DNA of 63,047 nucleotides from an uncultured Thermoguttaceae bacterium (lineage in GTDB: Bacteria > Planctomycetota > Planctomycetia > Pirellulales > Thermoguttaceae): positions 1-63,047 of the forward strand of contig CAKVCP010000001.1 of the NCBI GenBank assembly GCA_934725735.1, read 5' to 3'. The position numbers were made by a program, and so were the translations under genes. Under the pieces are notes generated by a model. It had not been told where the DNA came from, made no database searches, and saw only the letters and a program-made list of their open reading frames with translations. Of the stretch, positions 44,740-54,167 are shown piece by piece (position 1 is the stretch's first letter; each line of letters starts with the position of its first letter).

Positions 44740-46830
44740 ATGACTATACCGAAGGTGAAAAAGCAGGATATCATTAAGGCTCTGAAATTTATCGACGAGA
44801 ACGGCGTCCCCGAACACTATACGAGCGTAAAATACGTGCTGACGTCAGAGGATGGGAAAAAGTATCCGCCGAAGTATGTAGTCGCCGTTGCGAACCATTT
44901 GGCAAATGGCGCAGATATTTCCACTGATTCTTTTAATAGCGTTGAGACAAGGAACTTTCTTGAAAGTCTAGGGTTCGCAATCGAGACAAAGCAGCAAGAA
45001 AAATATTACTTGTCCATTACCGCTGAAAGCGTGGAGTCAACAGACGAACGCTTTACAATGGATAATCTGAACCTTGGCGATAACTATAAGCCTCTGGACG
45101 TCTATTTTAAGAAGGAGAACGGAGTCGTAATCAAACGAGCTTACCGTAAAGGCGAAAGAAAAAACACCAATCAGACTATGCCGCGGATTGCTTGTCAGGT
45201 GTTTAAGAAGCAACTTGCCGCGTTATCAGTTGAGGAAAAGGAGAATTTTCCTGTCTGTAAATTCAAACCGAACGGCAAAATATTCAGAGGTATCTATGCA
45301 AGCGTTGACGAATTCGGGAGGCGTTACAACACTATAGGGTATCTGAAATACGACTACGACAACGGGCGTCAGTTTGTTATCTTTTGCTGGAACATTTTTT
45401 CCACGATTATCTTTGTGCAGGAATGTTTGAAGCGTTTTGGGGAACCGAGGGATCAGTTCGTGCTGGTATACCGGGAAAAAGATGAGAAAGAAGTTGCGGC
45501 GGAGAAAACGGAAACCGCTATTCAGGAAGAGCTTGCTCAACAGGTCAAAGAAATCCGGAATCCCTTTTCTTCGATGCTAATCGAGTCCAAAAACCTGATT
45601 TTTCGAGGCGCGCCAGGTACCGGCAAATCCTATCTTGCAAGGGAAATTGCGGCGGATATTATTAGCGACGGCTATGAGGACGATTATAGTCGCCTCACGG
45701 ACGAACAGAAAAAACAGGTGGAGTTTGTTCAGTTCCATCCGAGTTATGACTACTCTGATTTTGTCGAGGGACTCCGACCGAAGATAAATGACGACGGGAC
45801 GATGGGGTTTGAATTACAGGACGGTATTTTTAAAAAGTTTGTTGCCCGCGCGAGAAAGAACTATGAGAACTCGCAAAAATCTAAAGAAGTCGTCGAGAAA
45901 GAGGTATCTGTTCAGGAGGCGATGACGGAATTTTTCTCGAACATAAAGTTTGGCGTCGACGTCTTTAAGACGATTACTGGAAATGAATTCACCATTACCG
46001 ACGTTGATGAGGAACATATCAATATCTCCATTCCCGGAAACGCAACGGTCAACAAGCTTACTCTGAGGTTAGAGGAGATTAGAAAAATGTTGGAGTCCGG
46101 ACAGAAGTTTGAGAAAATAAAGGACGTCACAACCTTTTTCGGAAAGAACTTTGCTACGCAAGGATACTCTTATGACTTCGCTATCTATAACGCTATACGA
46201 AAAAGGAAAGCTTCACCTTCAAGAAAGATGGTAAAGCAAGAAGAACTGAAAAAATACATCTTTATCATCGATGAAATTAACCGCGGTGAAATATCAAAGA
46301 TTTTTGGCGAACTGTTTTTTGCAATAGACCCCGGCTATCGCGGTAGAGCCGGTGAAATCTCGACTCAGTATTCTAATTTACATTCCGACCCTGACGAAAA
46401 GTTCTATATTCCTGAAAACGTCTATATCATCGGAACGATGAACGATATCGACCGTTCGGTCGACAGTTTTGATTTTGCGATGCGTCGCCGATTCCGCTTC
46501 GTAGAGCTTAGGGCGGACGATCGCCTTGAAATGCTCGAGTTATTAGAAAACGAAGAGCTGAAAAATGAAGCGATCAGACGAATGACTGAGCTGAACAACG
46601 AGATTGTTGCAGTTGAAGATTTGAATGAGAATTACCAAATCGGCGCGTCCTACTTCTTAAAGTTGAAAACGCTTGGTTTTGACCAGCTTTGGACTGACTA
46701 CCTGCGACCGCTTCTCCAGGAATACATACACGGCATGTATGATGAAGAAGGGATTATGAACCGTTTTGAAAAGGCGTACGGCTATCAGAAATCTGACCGG
46801 GACGATGCGAATGAAGACGCTCAAGATTAA
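44740..46830 (+). CDS. mcrB: McrB-like AAA+ GTPase subunit of a type IV (modification-dependent) restriction system, with unrecognised ~280-aa N-terminal region
   Basis: Walker A GAPGTGKS, Walker B IFIIDEINRG, McrB-type signature GTMNDIDRSVDSFDFAMRRRFRF. A/T-richer than the flanks. Confidence 0.85.
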   Translation: MTIPKVKKQDIIKALKFIDENGVPEHYTSVKYVLTSEDGKKYPPKYVVAVANHLANGADISTDSFNSVETRNFLESLGFAIETKQQEKYYLSITAESVESTDERFTMDNLNLGDNYKPLDVYFKKENGVVIKRAYRKGERKNTNQTMPRIACQVFKKQLAALSVEEKENFPVCKFKPNGKIFRGIYASVDEFGRRYNTIGYLKYDYDNGRQFVIFCWNIFSTIIFVQECLKRFGEPRDQFVLVYREKDEKEVAAEKTETAIQEELAQQVKEIRNPFSSMLIESKNLIFRGAPGTGKSYLAREIAADIISDGYEDDYSRLTDEQKKQVEFVQFHPSYDYSDFVEGLRPKINDDGTMGFELQDGIFKKFVARARKNYENSQKSKEVVEKEVSVQEAMTEFFSNIKFGVDVFKTITGNEFTITDVDEEHINISIPGNATVNKLTLRLEEIRKMLESGQKFEKIKDVTTFFGKNFATQGYSYDFAIYNAIRKRKASPSRKMVKQEELKKYIFIIDEINRGEISKIFGELFFAIDPGYRGRAGEISTQYSNLHSDPDEKFYIPENVYIIGTMNDIDRSVDSFDFAMRRRFRFVELRADDRLEMLELLENEELKNEAIRRMTELNNEIVAVEDLNENYQIGASYFLKLKTLGFDQLWTDYLRPLLQEYIHGMYDEEGIMNRFEKAYGYQKSDRDDANEDAQD

Positions 46831-48121
46831 GGATAATTCCCAACAGGCAAAAGAGGTCTTTTCACAAATCAAAAATCTTACGGGCAAAATCGCCGACAAG
46901 ACCTTGGAGCAACTTGAGCGTGAAGGCGTGTTTGTGTTTCCGGATACCGTAAAGGACGCAGGGGATATTACGCAAGACCAGACGGTCCTTCAAAGCGTGA
47001 ATAACGTCTATCGCTCTAGCAATGTGATGGGGTTTCTCGGCTATGGCGATGAACGACTGATTATCGAGTCTCGCTTTTGCGGAGAGGGGGAGGATTACTT
47101 CTTTCAGTATCTTTTAGACAAGGTTCTAGACTTTCCGAATATCGTGGACTTGAAATCTAACGTCGATCAAGACGCCCGAATTTTCAATTTCTTTCTGTTC
47201 CTATTCCCGCATTACCTCAAGACGGCTATGCGGAAGGGTTTATTCAAGGAGTACATTCGTCGCCGCCACAACGACGGGAATGTCAAAGGTACGATTGACG
47301 TCGCAAAACATATTGCGGAGAACACCCCTTTTGTGGGAAAGATTGCATATAGCCAGCGCGAGTTTTCCTATGATAACAGTCTGATGGAATTGGTACGGCA
47401 TACCGTCGAGTTTATCAAGAGAAAGCCCTATGGAAACAAACTACTCGTCAAAGTTAAAGACGAAGTGAAACTCGTAATCGACGCGACCCCCGGATATGAG
47501 CCTTGCAACCAACGGAAAATCATCGAGCGAAACGAACAGAATCCCGTTCGACACGCCTACTTTCGGGAGTATCTTGCGTTACAAAGATTGTGTCTCTTGA
47601 TCCTTCGGTACCAGAGACGTCAAAACGGCTTTGGAGTGAAGCGGGTATACGGCGTCCTCTTTGACGGAGCATGGTTGTGGGAGGAGTACGTCAACTCGCT
47701 TATCGGAGACGCTTTTTACCATCCGATGAACAAGGAAGGGAAGGGCGCGCAGCGCCTCTTTGACGGTAATGTGGGCCTAATCTATCCTGACTTCATCAGC
47801 CGCAACGTCGAAAAGCGTATGATAGCCGACGCAAAATATAAGCCAATCAATAACATCGGTAATCGCGATTATTTACAGACGCTTGCTTATATGTTCCGTT
47901 TTGACGCGAAGATCGGCTACTGTCTTTATCCCGAACAAGAGAACGCGGCGGATCAATTATTGCGGATGAACCGAGGGTCTACCTATGAGAAAAATGTTGC
48001 GCCGCGCGACGATATCAGCGTTACGAAACACGGCTTGAAAATTCCGATGGACGCTCAGAATTACGCCGACTTTATCGAGAGAATAAAAGTCAGCGAGCAG
48101 GAGTTCGCAAGCCTTTTTTGA
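46805..48121 (+). CDS. mcrC: McrC-like nuclease subunit (PD-(D/E)xK)
   Basis: The start (ATG 46805 or 46811) overlaps the mcrB-like stop at 46830. C-terminal segment GLIYPDFISRNVEKRMIADAKYK fits D...(D/E)xK. Size and position are typical of McrC. Confidence 0.8.
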   Translation: MRMKTLKIKDNSQQAKEVFSQIKNLTGKIADKTLEQLEREGVFVFPDTVKDAGDITQDQTVLQSVNNVYRSSNVMGFLGYGDERLIIESRFCGEGEDYFFQYLLDKVLDFPNIVDLKSNVDQDARIFNFFLFLFPHYLKTAMRKGLFKEYIRRRHNDGNVKGTIDVAKHIAENTPFVGKIAYSQREFSYDNSLMELVRHTVEFIKRKPYGNKLLVKVKDEVKLVIDATPGYEPCNQRKIIERNEQNPVRHAYFREYLALQRLCLLILRYQRRQNGFGVKRVYGVLFDGAWLWEEYVNSLIGDAFYHPMNKEGKGAQRLFDGNVGLIYPDFISRNVEKRMIADAKYKPINNIGNRDYLQTLAYMFRFDAKIGYCLYPEQENAADQLLRMNRGSTYEKNVAPRDDISVTKHGLKIPMDAQNYADFIERIKVSEQEFASLF

Positions 48122-48281
48122 ACGGTTAAGCGCCGACAAGTCTAGCGCAAACCCAGGCGGAAGGGCGTATCGAAGAGAATCTCGTAGCCGCGTCCGCGAG
48201 GATGAGCGGTTAAAAGCGAAATAGACATGATTGAAATCATGTCTATCCCAAGAATTTGATCGTTATCGTCTGACCAGCGAT

Positions 48282-48300
48282 GGCGCGGGGCGCCTTTTTT
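48282..48300. terminator. Short GC hairpin plus T-run between convergent mcrC-like and lptB genes
   Basis: ggcgc-ggg-gcgcc followed by tttttt on the plus strand. Confidence 0.4.
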
Positions 48301-49489
48301 AACGCTTGCGGCGCTTTAAGACTCCCGTTAATTTGTTGAGGTAACGGTTCTCCTCCGGGGCCTGATCGCGCGGAGACGGGGTTGGTTCCGCCGCGCCGCG
48401 ATTATTGAGGGAGAGTCGGGGCCGCTTGGTTGAACGGTCGTTCGACGACGTTTGAGGGTCTGCGAAAGACGTAGGAAGAGGGATATGTTTCGGACGCGTC
48501 GGCGTCGCGGAGGATGGGTGCGTCGAGGACGCGTTTGGCGCCCGCCGCGTTCTCGACGCGGAAGCGCCGCGTTTGCGTTCGTTGTAGGCTTGAATTTCTT
48601 CACGCGTCACATTGAGGCTACGCTCGCTTTTATCAAGTTCAAGCTCTATCATTTCTTGATATGCGGCTCTGACGATATCCTTCGCTTCTTCAGCGGTATA
48701 TCCCTGCGCGATTCCGATCGATTCGGCGTTGTCTTTCGCTTCGTGGTCGAAATACGTCGCGATGGCGTAAGGATGGCTGATGACGTCCATCGCGGTTCCC
48801 TCGCAGAGAATCCACCCGCCCTTCTGGATGACGTACGCGCGGTTGATGACGCGGAGCGTGTTCGCGATCGAGTGGTCGTTGATGATGATCGAAAGGCCCT
48901 CCGCGGCCATCTTGCGGATTTCTTTCTGGATCGTGTTGATTGTCGGCGGGTCGCACGCGGCGAATGGTTCGTCAAGCATGAGGACTTTCGGTTTGCGTAT
49001 CAACGCGCGCGCAAATTCCAATCGACGACGTTCGCCGCCGGAAAGCCCCCCCGACGCGCCGCCGGAACCGACCTTGTCTTTCCGGTGTGCGATTAACTCA
49101 AAACGTTCGAGCAGTTGCGTGCAAAGCTCTTGACTCTCCTTTTTACGCATGCCAAGGAACTCCATGACCGCGAGAAGGTTTTGTTCGACGGTCAGGTCGT
49201 CGAAGGTGCTGCGTTCCTGAGGCAGGTATTCCAACCCCATTTGACAGCGCTGGAACATGGGCATTTTGGAGATTTCCTGTCCGTCAAGAAATATTTTCCC
49301 CGCCGTGGCGCGTCTGAGCCCGCAGATCATGTGGAAACAGGTGGTCTTACCGGCGCCGTTGGGCCCGAGAAGCCCGATGATTTCTCCCGGATAGACCTTC
49401 AGGGATACGTCGTTGACGACGACGTTATTTTTTTTATATACCTTTCTAATTCCCTGAACGTCTAAAATAGGTTTCTTCTGTTCGCTCAT
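48299..49489 (-). CDS. lptB: LptB-like ABC transporter ATPase with ~150-aa basic/Pro-rich C-terminal extension
   Basis: Start MSEQKKPILDVQGIRKVYKK (ATG 49489, RBS GAGGGAG). Walker A GPNGAGKTT, Q-loop LPQE, signature LSGGERRRLEFARAL, Walker B LMLDEPFAACDP, H-loop NDHS. The ORF-track extension to 49861 is rejected. Confidence 0.85.
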   Translation of the reverse strand: MSEQKKPILDVQGIRKVYKKNNVVVNDVSLKVYPGEIIGLLGPNGAGKTTCFHMICGLRRATAGKIFLDGQEISKMPMFQRCQMGLEYLPQERSTFDDLTVEQNLLAVMEFLGMRKKESQELCTQLLERFELIAHRKDKVGSGGASGGLSGGERRRLEFARALIRKPKVLMLDEPFAACDPPTINTIQKEIRKMAAEGLSIIINDHSIANTLRVINRAYVIQKGGWILCEGTAMDVISHPYAIATYFDHEAKDNAESIGIAQGYTAEEAKDIVRAAYQEMIELELDKSERSLNVTREEIQAYNERKRGASASRTRRAPNASSTHPSSATPTRPKHIPLPTSFADPQTSSNDRSTKRPRLSLNNRGAAEPTPSPRDQAPEENRYLNKLTGVLKRRKR

Positions 49490-49556
49490 AGCTCCCTCGT
49501 CTATCGTCGACGACTGAACGCGGTCGTTTCTTGGTTCTAGCATAGCTCTCATTCTT

Positions 49557-50480
49557 TTACCTTGACGTGTTGGAGAGTCGGCGTCCTGTATTCGGATCGT
49601 AGCCCGCCGCACGGAAGGCTCCTTCGACAAATTGACGAAGCTCCTGCGGATCGTATTCTTGCATTTCCGCCGCAGTGTCCAAGATTTGGAGCGCTTCCAG
49701 ACGATATTCGGGGGAGAGAATGTCGGGAGAGGCGAGGAGATCGATCGGTTCCATGTCGGCGACGATCCGTCGATTTTCGAGTAGACAGACGCGCGTCGCA
49801 GTGCAAAGCGCTTCGGAGAGGGAACGCACGGCGACGAGCGTGGCGCCTTGATCCTCGGCAAAGCGCGAGATCGCCCGACGGAGCAACTTGCTCGTCGGGG
49901 GATCGCAACCTTCGAAGGGAGAATCGAGGAGAAGAAGCGCGGGCGCGGAAGCGAGAACGCAGGCGAAATCGAGACGGCGCCGCTCGCCGCCGGAGAGCCC
50001 GGCGAATTCTTCGACGGAACGATCCGCCAAATACGTCAGGTTGAAGAGCCTCAACGCTTCGTCGCAAATTGCAAGGCGTTCTTCGCGCGAGAAATCTCGA
50101 ACGCAAGTCGCCTGGTAGACGCGATCTCGAACCGTCGTTTTCTTCAGACTCAAACGCGATAAAAAGGACTGAAAACGCCCCTGAGAAGGATTCCAAGGCA
50201 ATTTGCTGATTCCCGCCTGAAAGCGTTCTTCCGACGTCGAGACCGTTACGTTGGCTCCGTTCAAATAGACTTTCCACAGCGTCTCTTTCGTTGCGCCCGC
50301 GATCTGAGCGACAATCTGCGATTTACCAGAACCCGCCGGTCCTAATAGGGCGACGATCTCTCCGGGATAAATTTGCAGAGCTCCGCTTTGGCGATCCGGT
50401 TTCTGGTAGAGTCCGGCGCGTTCTAGACGGAGCACGGGAGTTGTCGTTCGTCGTAGCGACGACGCAGCGTTAGTCGACAT
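49557..50480 (-). CDS. Degenerate LptB-like ABC ATPase paralog (catalytic residues substituted)
   Basis: Walker A GPAGSGKS and signature LSGGERRRLDFA are intact. However, Q-loop LPQ is LPW, Walker B is LLLLDSP (Glu to Ser), and the H-loop position reads VAVRS (His to Arg), by alignment to the downstream LptB and to E. coli LptB from memory. Confidence 0.75.
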   Translation of the reverse strand: MSTNAASSLRRTTTPVLRLERAGLYQKPDRQSGALQIYPGEIVALLGPAGSGKSQIVAQIAGATKETLWKVYLNGANVTVSTSEERFQAGISKLPWNPSQGRFQSFLSRLSLKKTTVRDRVYQATCVRDFSREERLAICDEALRLFNLTYLADRSVEEFAGLSGGERRRLDFACVLASAPALLLLDSPFEGCDPPTSKLLRRAISRFAEDQGATLVAVRSLSEALCTATRVCLLENRRIVADMEPIDLLASPDILSPEYRLEALQILDTAAEMQEYDPQELRQFVEGAFRAAGYDPNTGRRLSNTSR

Positions 50481-50526
50481 AGAATCCTCCTTCGTCTTTT
50501 ACCGGGAAAAAAGAGGGACGTTTGCC

Positions 50527-50643
50527 TTACTGGGCGTTTTCGTTCTCATCCTGCGTCGTTAGCAACTTGTAGAAGCACCACGTCATGAGTCCGATGACGA
50601 TAGCCAAAGAAGTCGTCATGCTAATCCAACCGCCCAAAGTCAT
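50527..50643 (-). CDS. 38-aa single-TM micro-ORF, MetS-like small subunit candidate for the upstream NSS transporter
   Basis: Not in the ORF track (below 60 aa). RBS AAGGAG lies 8 nt upstream of the ATG. It encodes MTLGGWISMTTSLAIVIGLMTWCFYKLLTTQDENENAQ and starts 57 nt downstream of the transporter stop on the same strand. Confidence 0.55.
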   Translation of the reverse strand: MTLGGWISMTTSLAIVIGLMTWCFYKLLTTQDENENAQ

Positions 50644-50700
50644 AGAAAACTCCTTTTAAAATCTGTATTATAGTTAAAATCTCTATAAAAAGCAATAACG

Positions 50701-52386
50701 TTAGTCTTGCGTAGCGGCGTTCTTTTCCTCGTCAATCGGCTTGAGCGCGTTTTTAGACCAACGCTTCATCGTCTTTACGGAGAGAATGAAGAGTAGTACG
50801 AGAATAATGGCGAAGAATCCCAGCGATAATTGCGCGACCGAGTCGGCGCGCACCGCTTCGATTCTTGCGCCCATGTTTTTGAACATCCAAAAGATTGCGA
50901 TAATCAAGAGGTAGGGGAAGGAAATATATTTAACGACGTTCGCGAGGAAGCAAGGGGGAGTGATCTTCGATCCGCGCGCGATCTCTTCGCGCATCTTGAC
51001 GCTACCCCAAACGTAAGCGGCCAGACCCGTCTGGAAGATGGCGAAGAAGAACGGAGCGAAGTTGGCGAGCCAGAAGTCGAAAGCGTCGAGCGCCGCGAGG
51101 TTCTTCGTGAACCACACGACAATCGCCGAGCCGATAAGATTCACGACCGCGGCGAGAATGACGCTGACCCCGCGCTTCGTTTGCAGCGACTCCTGGAACA
51201 AGACGACCGTCGGTTGAACGAGGGACATCGAGCTGGTGACCGACGCGAAAAAGAGGAGGAAGAAGAAGACGAAGCCGCAGAACTGCCCAAGAGGCATCAG
51301 TCCGAAAACGTTTGGAAGAACGACAAAACCGAGGGTAAAGGACGAGGAGAACCCGTCGGCGGCGCGCTCTCCAAGGAACATAATCGCGGTGGGGATCACC
51401 ATCAGCCCGGCGAGAACGACTTCGCAGAATTCGTTCATCGTCGTCGACGTGAGGCTCGAAAGCGCGATATCGTCTTTCGGTCTCACATAGCTTGCGTACG
51501 TGCAAATTGCGCAAAGGCATAGCGAGACCGTGTAGAAAATCTGCGCCGTCGCCGCCAACCACGTTTCAGGATTCAACAAGGTCGTCCAAACGTTCGTGCG
51601 CCCAATCAGATTACCCGACTCGTCGACAATATCGCGGGTCGGATTCCACATGAATCCCAAACCGTCGAGGAAACTTTGTCCCGGCTGACCCGTGGGGTTC
51701 CCGAGGGTAACGACGCGGATAATCATAATGACCGCGCAGAGGAGAATGAGAGGCGCCGCGCGTTTGCTGAATTTTTCAATTCCTTTGGAAACGCCGCGAT
51801 AGATCAAAAGGAAGTTGAGAAGCGTGCAAAACGCCGTGACGCACAGAAGAGGAATCCCGGCGCCGTTAAAGAGGGAGCCGTTGGCGTGAAGACCGACCGA
51901 ATTGGCGAAGAGGTTTTCGTATTCCGCGGCGTTGTTATACGAAAGTCCAATGACGCCGCTGGGATCGAGGGAGAATCCTAGCCCGATCGGCTCGAGTACT
52001 CCGCCGAGATATTTGAGCGCGTATAGCAGGCACCACGACTCGACGAAAATGTAGTACATGTTGATGACGAACGGCACGATGACGCTCAATCCGCCGACGA
52101 CGCCCCAAATCTTCTTTCCCCCGCTCGCGGCGTAATACATCCCCAACGGCGAATGAAAACCGTGCCGACCGGCGTATCGTCCGAGCGCCCATTCGCTCAT
52201 CGACACCGGAATCGCGATCAGAAGGAGCGAGATCATATAGGGAATCATGAACGCTCCGCCTCCGTAATTCACCGCTTGCCCTGGAAATCTTAGAAAATTC
52301 CCGAGTCCGACGGCGCTTCCGGCGACCGCCAAAATAACTCCAAGTTGCGAACCCCAATGTTCGGTCGAGTTGTGTTTTTCCGCCAT
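50701..52386 (-). CDS. Sodium-dependent transporter, NSS/SNF (SLC6-like) family, copy 2
   Basis: HWGSQLGVILAVAGSAVGLGNFLRFPGQ signature. Multi-TM protein of 561 aa. Confidence 0.9.
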   Translation of the reverse strand: MAEKHNSTEHWGSQLGVILAVAGSAVGLGNFLRFPGQAVNYGGGAFMIPYMISLLLIAIPVSMSEWALGRYAGRHGFHSPLGMYYAASGGKKIWGVVGGLSVIVPFVINMYYIFVESWCLLYALKYLGGVLEPIGLGFSLDPSGVIGLSYNNAAEYENLFANSVGLHANGSLFNGAGIPLLCVTAFCTLLNFLLIYRGVSKGIEKFSKRAAPLILLCAVIMIIRVVTLGNPTGQPGQSFLDGLGFMWNPTRDIVDESGNLIGRTNVWTTLLNPETWLAATAQIFYTVSLCLCAICTYASYVRPKDDIALSSLTSTTMNEFCEVVLAGLMVIPTAIMFLGERAADGFSSSFTLGFVVLPNVFGLMPLGQFCGFVFFFLLFFASVTSSMSLVQPTVVLFQESLQTKRGVSVILAAVVNLIGSAIVVWFTKNLAALDAFDFWLANFAPFFFAIFQTGLAAYVWGSVKMREEIARGSKITPPCFLANVVKYISFPYLLIIAIFWMFKNMGARIEAVRADSVAQLSLGFFAIILVLLFILSVKTMKRWSKNALKPIDEEKNAATQD

Positions 52387-52408
52387 TGCCTTCCTTTCTT
52401 GAGGCGAT

Positions 52409-54085
52409 CTACGCTTGAGGTTGATTGTGACTGTTTGGTTCTAGAGAATCGAGCCGCGTCCAGCGTTTCATGGAGACGAATCCTAAGAGGAGGATAGCCG
52501 CCAAGACGGAGAGCATGAAGAGGACGGAGAGTTTCGGCACGAATTGCGTCGCGACTTGTTCGACGCGATCCGCCATATTCTTCCACGCCCAAAACCCGAA
52601 GACTAGAAGAAGGTAGGGAAAGGAAACGTATTTTAAAAAGCCCCCCAGCCGCTGCGGAGGGTTGATTCGCGCGCCGCGTTTGAGCTCGGCAAGAAGGGAC
52701 GCGTCGCCCCATACAAAGACGACGACGCACGTTTGAAGCGCTCCGCCGAGGAACGGCATGAGGTTCGCGACCCAGAAGTCGAAGACGTCGAGCGCCATAA
52801 GGTCTTTGGTGAACCAGCTGACGATCGCCGTTCCAAGGAGATTGATCGACGAGACGACGACGGCGCTTTGTTTTCGACCCCAGTGAAGCGAGTCTTGGAA
52901 GAGCGCGACGGCGGGCTGAACCATCGAAACGGAGCTTGTGATCGCGGCGAGGAAGAGGAGCGTGAAGAGAACGAATCCGCATAGCTGCCCCATCGGCATC
53001 AACCCGAAGACGTTCGGCAGGACGTTGAAGCCGAGCGCAAAGGATGAACCGACGCTCTTGCTTGCGTCGGCGCCGAGAAACATGATCGCGGGCGGAACGG
53101 TCATGAGTCCGCCGAGAACGACTTCGCAGAACTCGTTCGTCGCCACGGCGGAGACGCTCGAAAGCGCGACGTCCCCTCGCGACTTGACGTAACTTGCGTA
53201 TGTGCAGATCGCGCCGAAGCAGATCGACGTGGAGAAGAAGATCTGCGCCGTGGCTGCGAGCCATACCTCGGGGTTGAGAAGGGATTGCGCTAAAGTCAAG
53301 CGACCGACGACTTCTCCCGAGGCGTTCACGATCTCGCGCGTTGGATTCCACATGAACCCGAGACCGTCGATGAAGCTCTGTCCCGGCGTACCCGTCGGGT
53401 TGCCGAGCGTGACGACGCGGATAATGACGGCGACGGCGCACAGAAGAATGAGCGGCGCGACGGTTTTGCAGAATCTCTCGATTCCCTTGGAGACGCCTTT
53501 GTAGATGAGGATGAAATTCATCGCGGCGCACGCGAGGGTCGTCCAAAGAATCGCGCGCGTCCCTACGCCAAAGAGGGAGCCGTCTTGACCGACGCCGACG
53601 AGTCGGCCAAAAAATTTTTCGTAACCGCTTGTCGAATCGAATTTCAGACCGGGTGCGACGTCGCTAAAGAGCGAAAATCCAAGCCCGACATGCTGGAGCA
53701 AACCGCCTAAGTACTGCGCCGCGTACGCGAGACACCACGCTTCGATCACGATGTAGTACATCGCGATGACGAAGGGAGAGAAGGTGTTGAGACACCCCGC
53801 AAATCCCCATCGAATCTTACGTCCTCCCGCGACGTAGAGCGCGCCTAGCGGAGAGTGAAACCCCATTCTTCCGGCATAGCGTCCGAGCGCCCATTCGCTC
53901 ATAGCAAGAGGAATAGCGATGACAAAAAGCGCGATAACGTAGGGGATCATAAAGGCGCCGCCGCCGTGAAGGGCCACTTGTCCCGGAAATCTTAAAAAAT
54001 TTCCCAACCCGACGGCGCTCCCTGCCACCGCTAAAATAACCCCTAAAGAGGCTCCCCAATTTTCTTGCGCGTTTTTGCTAGGCAT
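52409..54085 (-). CDS. Sodium-dependent transporter, NSS/SNF (SLC6-like) family, copy 1
   Basis: NWGASLGVILAVAGSAVGLGNFLRFPGQ signature. Paralogous to the downstream copy, with a 22-nt gap between them. Confidence 0.9.
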   Translation of the reverse strand: MPSKNAQENWGASLGVILAVAGSAVGLGNFLRFPGQVALHGGGAFMIPYVIALFVIAIPLAMSEWALGRYAGRMGFHSPLGALYVAGGRKIRWGFAGCLNTFSPFVIAMYYIVIEAWCLAYAAQYLGGLLQHVGLGFSLFSDVAPGLKFDSTSGYEKFFGRLVGVGQDGSLFGVGTRAILWTTLACAAMNFILIYKGVSKGIERFCKTVAPLILLCAVAVIIRVVTLGNPTGTPGQSFIDGLGFMWNPTREIVNASGEVVGRLTLAQSLLNPEVWLAATAQIFFSTSICFGAICTYASYVKSRGDVALSSVSAVATNEFCEVVLGGLMTVPPAIMFLGADASKSVGSSFALGFNVLPNVFGLMPMGQLCGFVLFTLLFLAAITSSVSMVQPAVALFQDSLHWGRKQSAVVVSSINLLGTAIVSWFTKDLMALDVFDFWVANLMPFLGGALQTCVVVFVWGDASLLAELKRGARINPPQRLGGFLKYVSFPYLLLVFGFWAWKNMADRVEQVATQFVPKLSVLFMLSVLAAILLLGFVSMKRWTRLDSLEPNSHNQPQA

Positions 54086-54167
54086 CTGCTAGTCTTTCTT
54101 TTGGTGCGCGTCGATTGCGTCAACCGTCTTTTGAGGACGCGGCGGCGTCGACGTCGAATAATTTGAA

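Noticed and set aside
49490-49861. The ORF-track N-terminal extension of lptB (124 extra codons), and likewise the 2506-2580 extension of proS.
   Set aside because: The extensions are basic/Ser-Pro-rich and overlap the upstream gene region. The internal ATGs (49489 and 2581) align with canonical protein N-termini, and 49489 has a strong GAGGGAG RBS.
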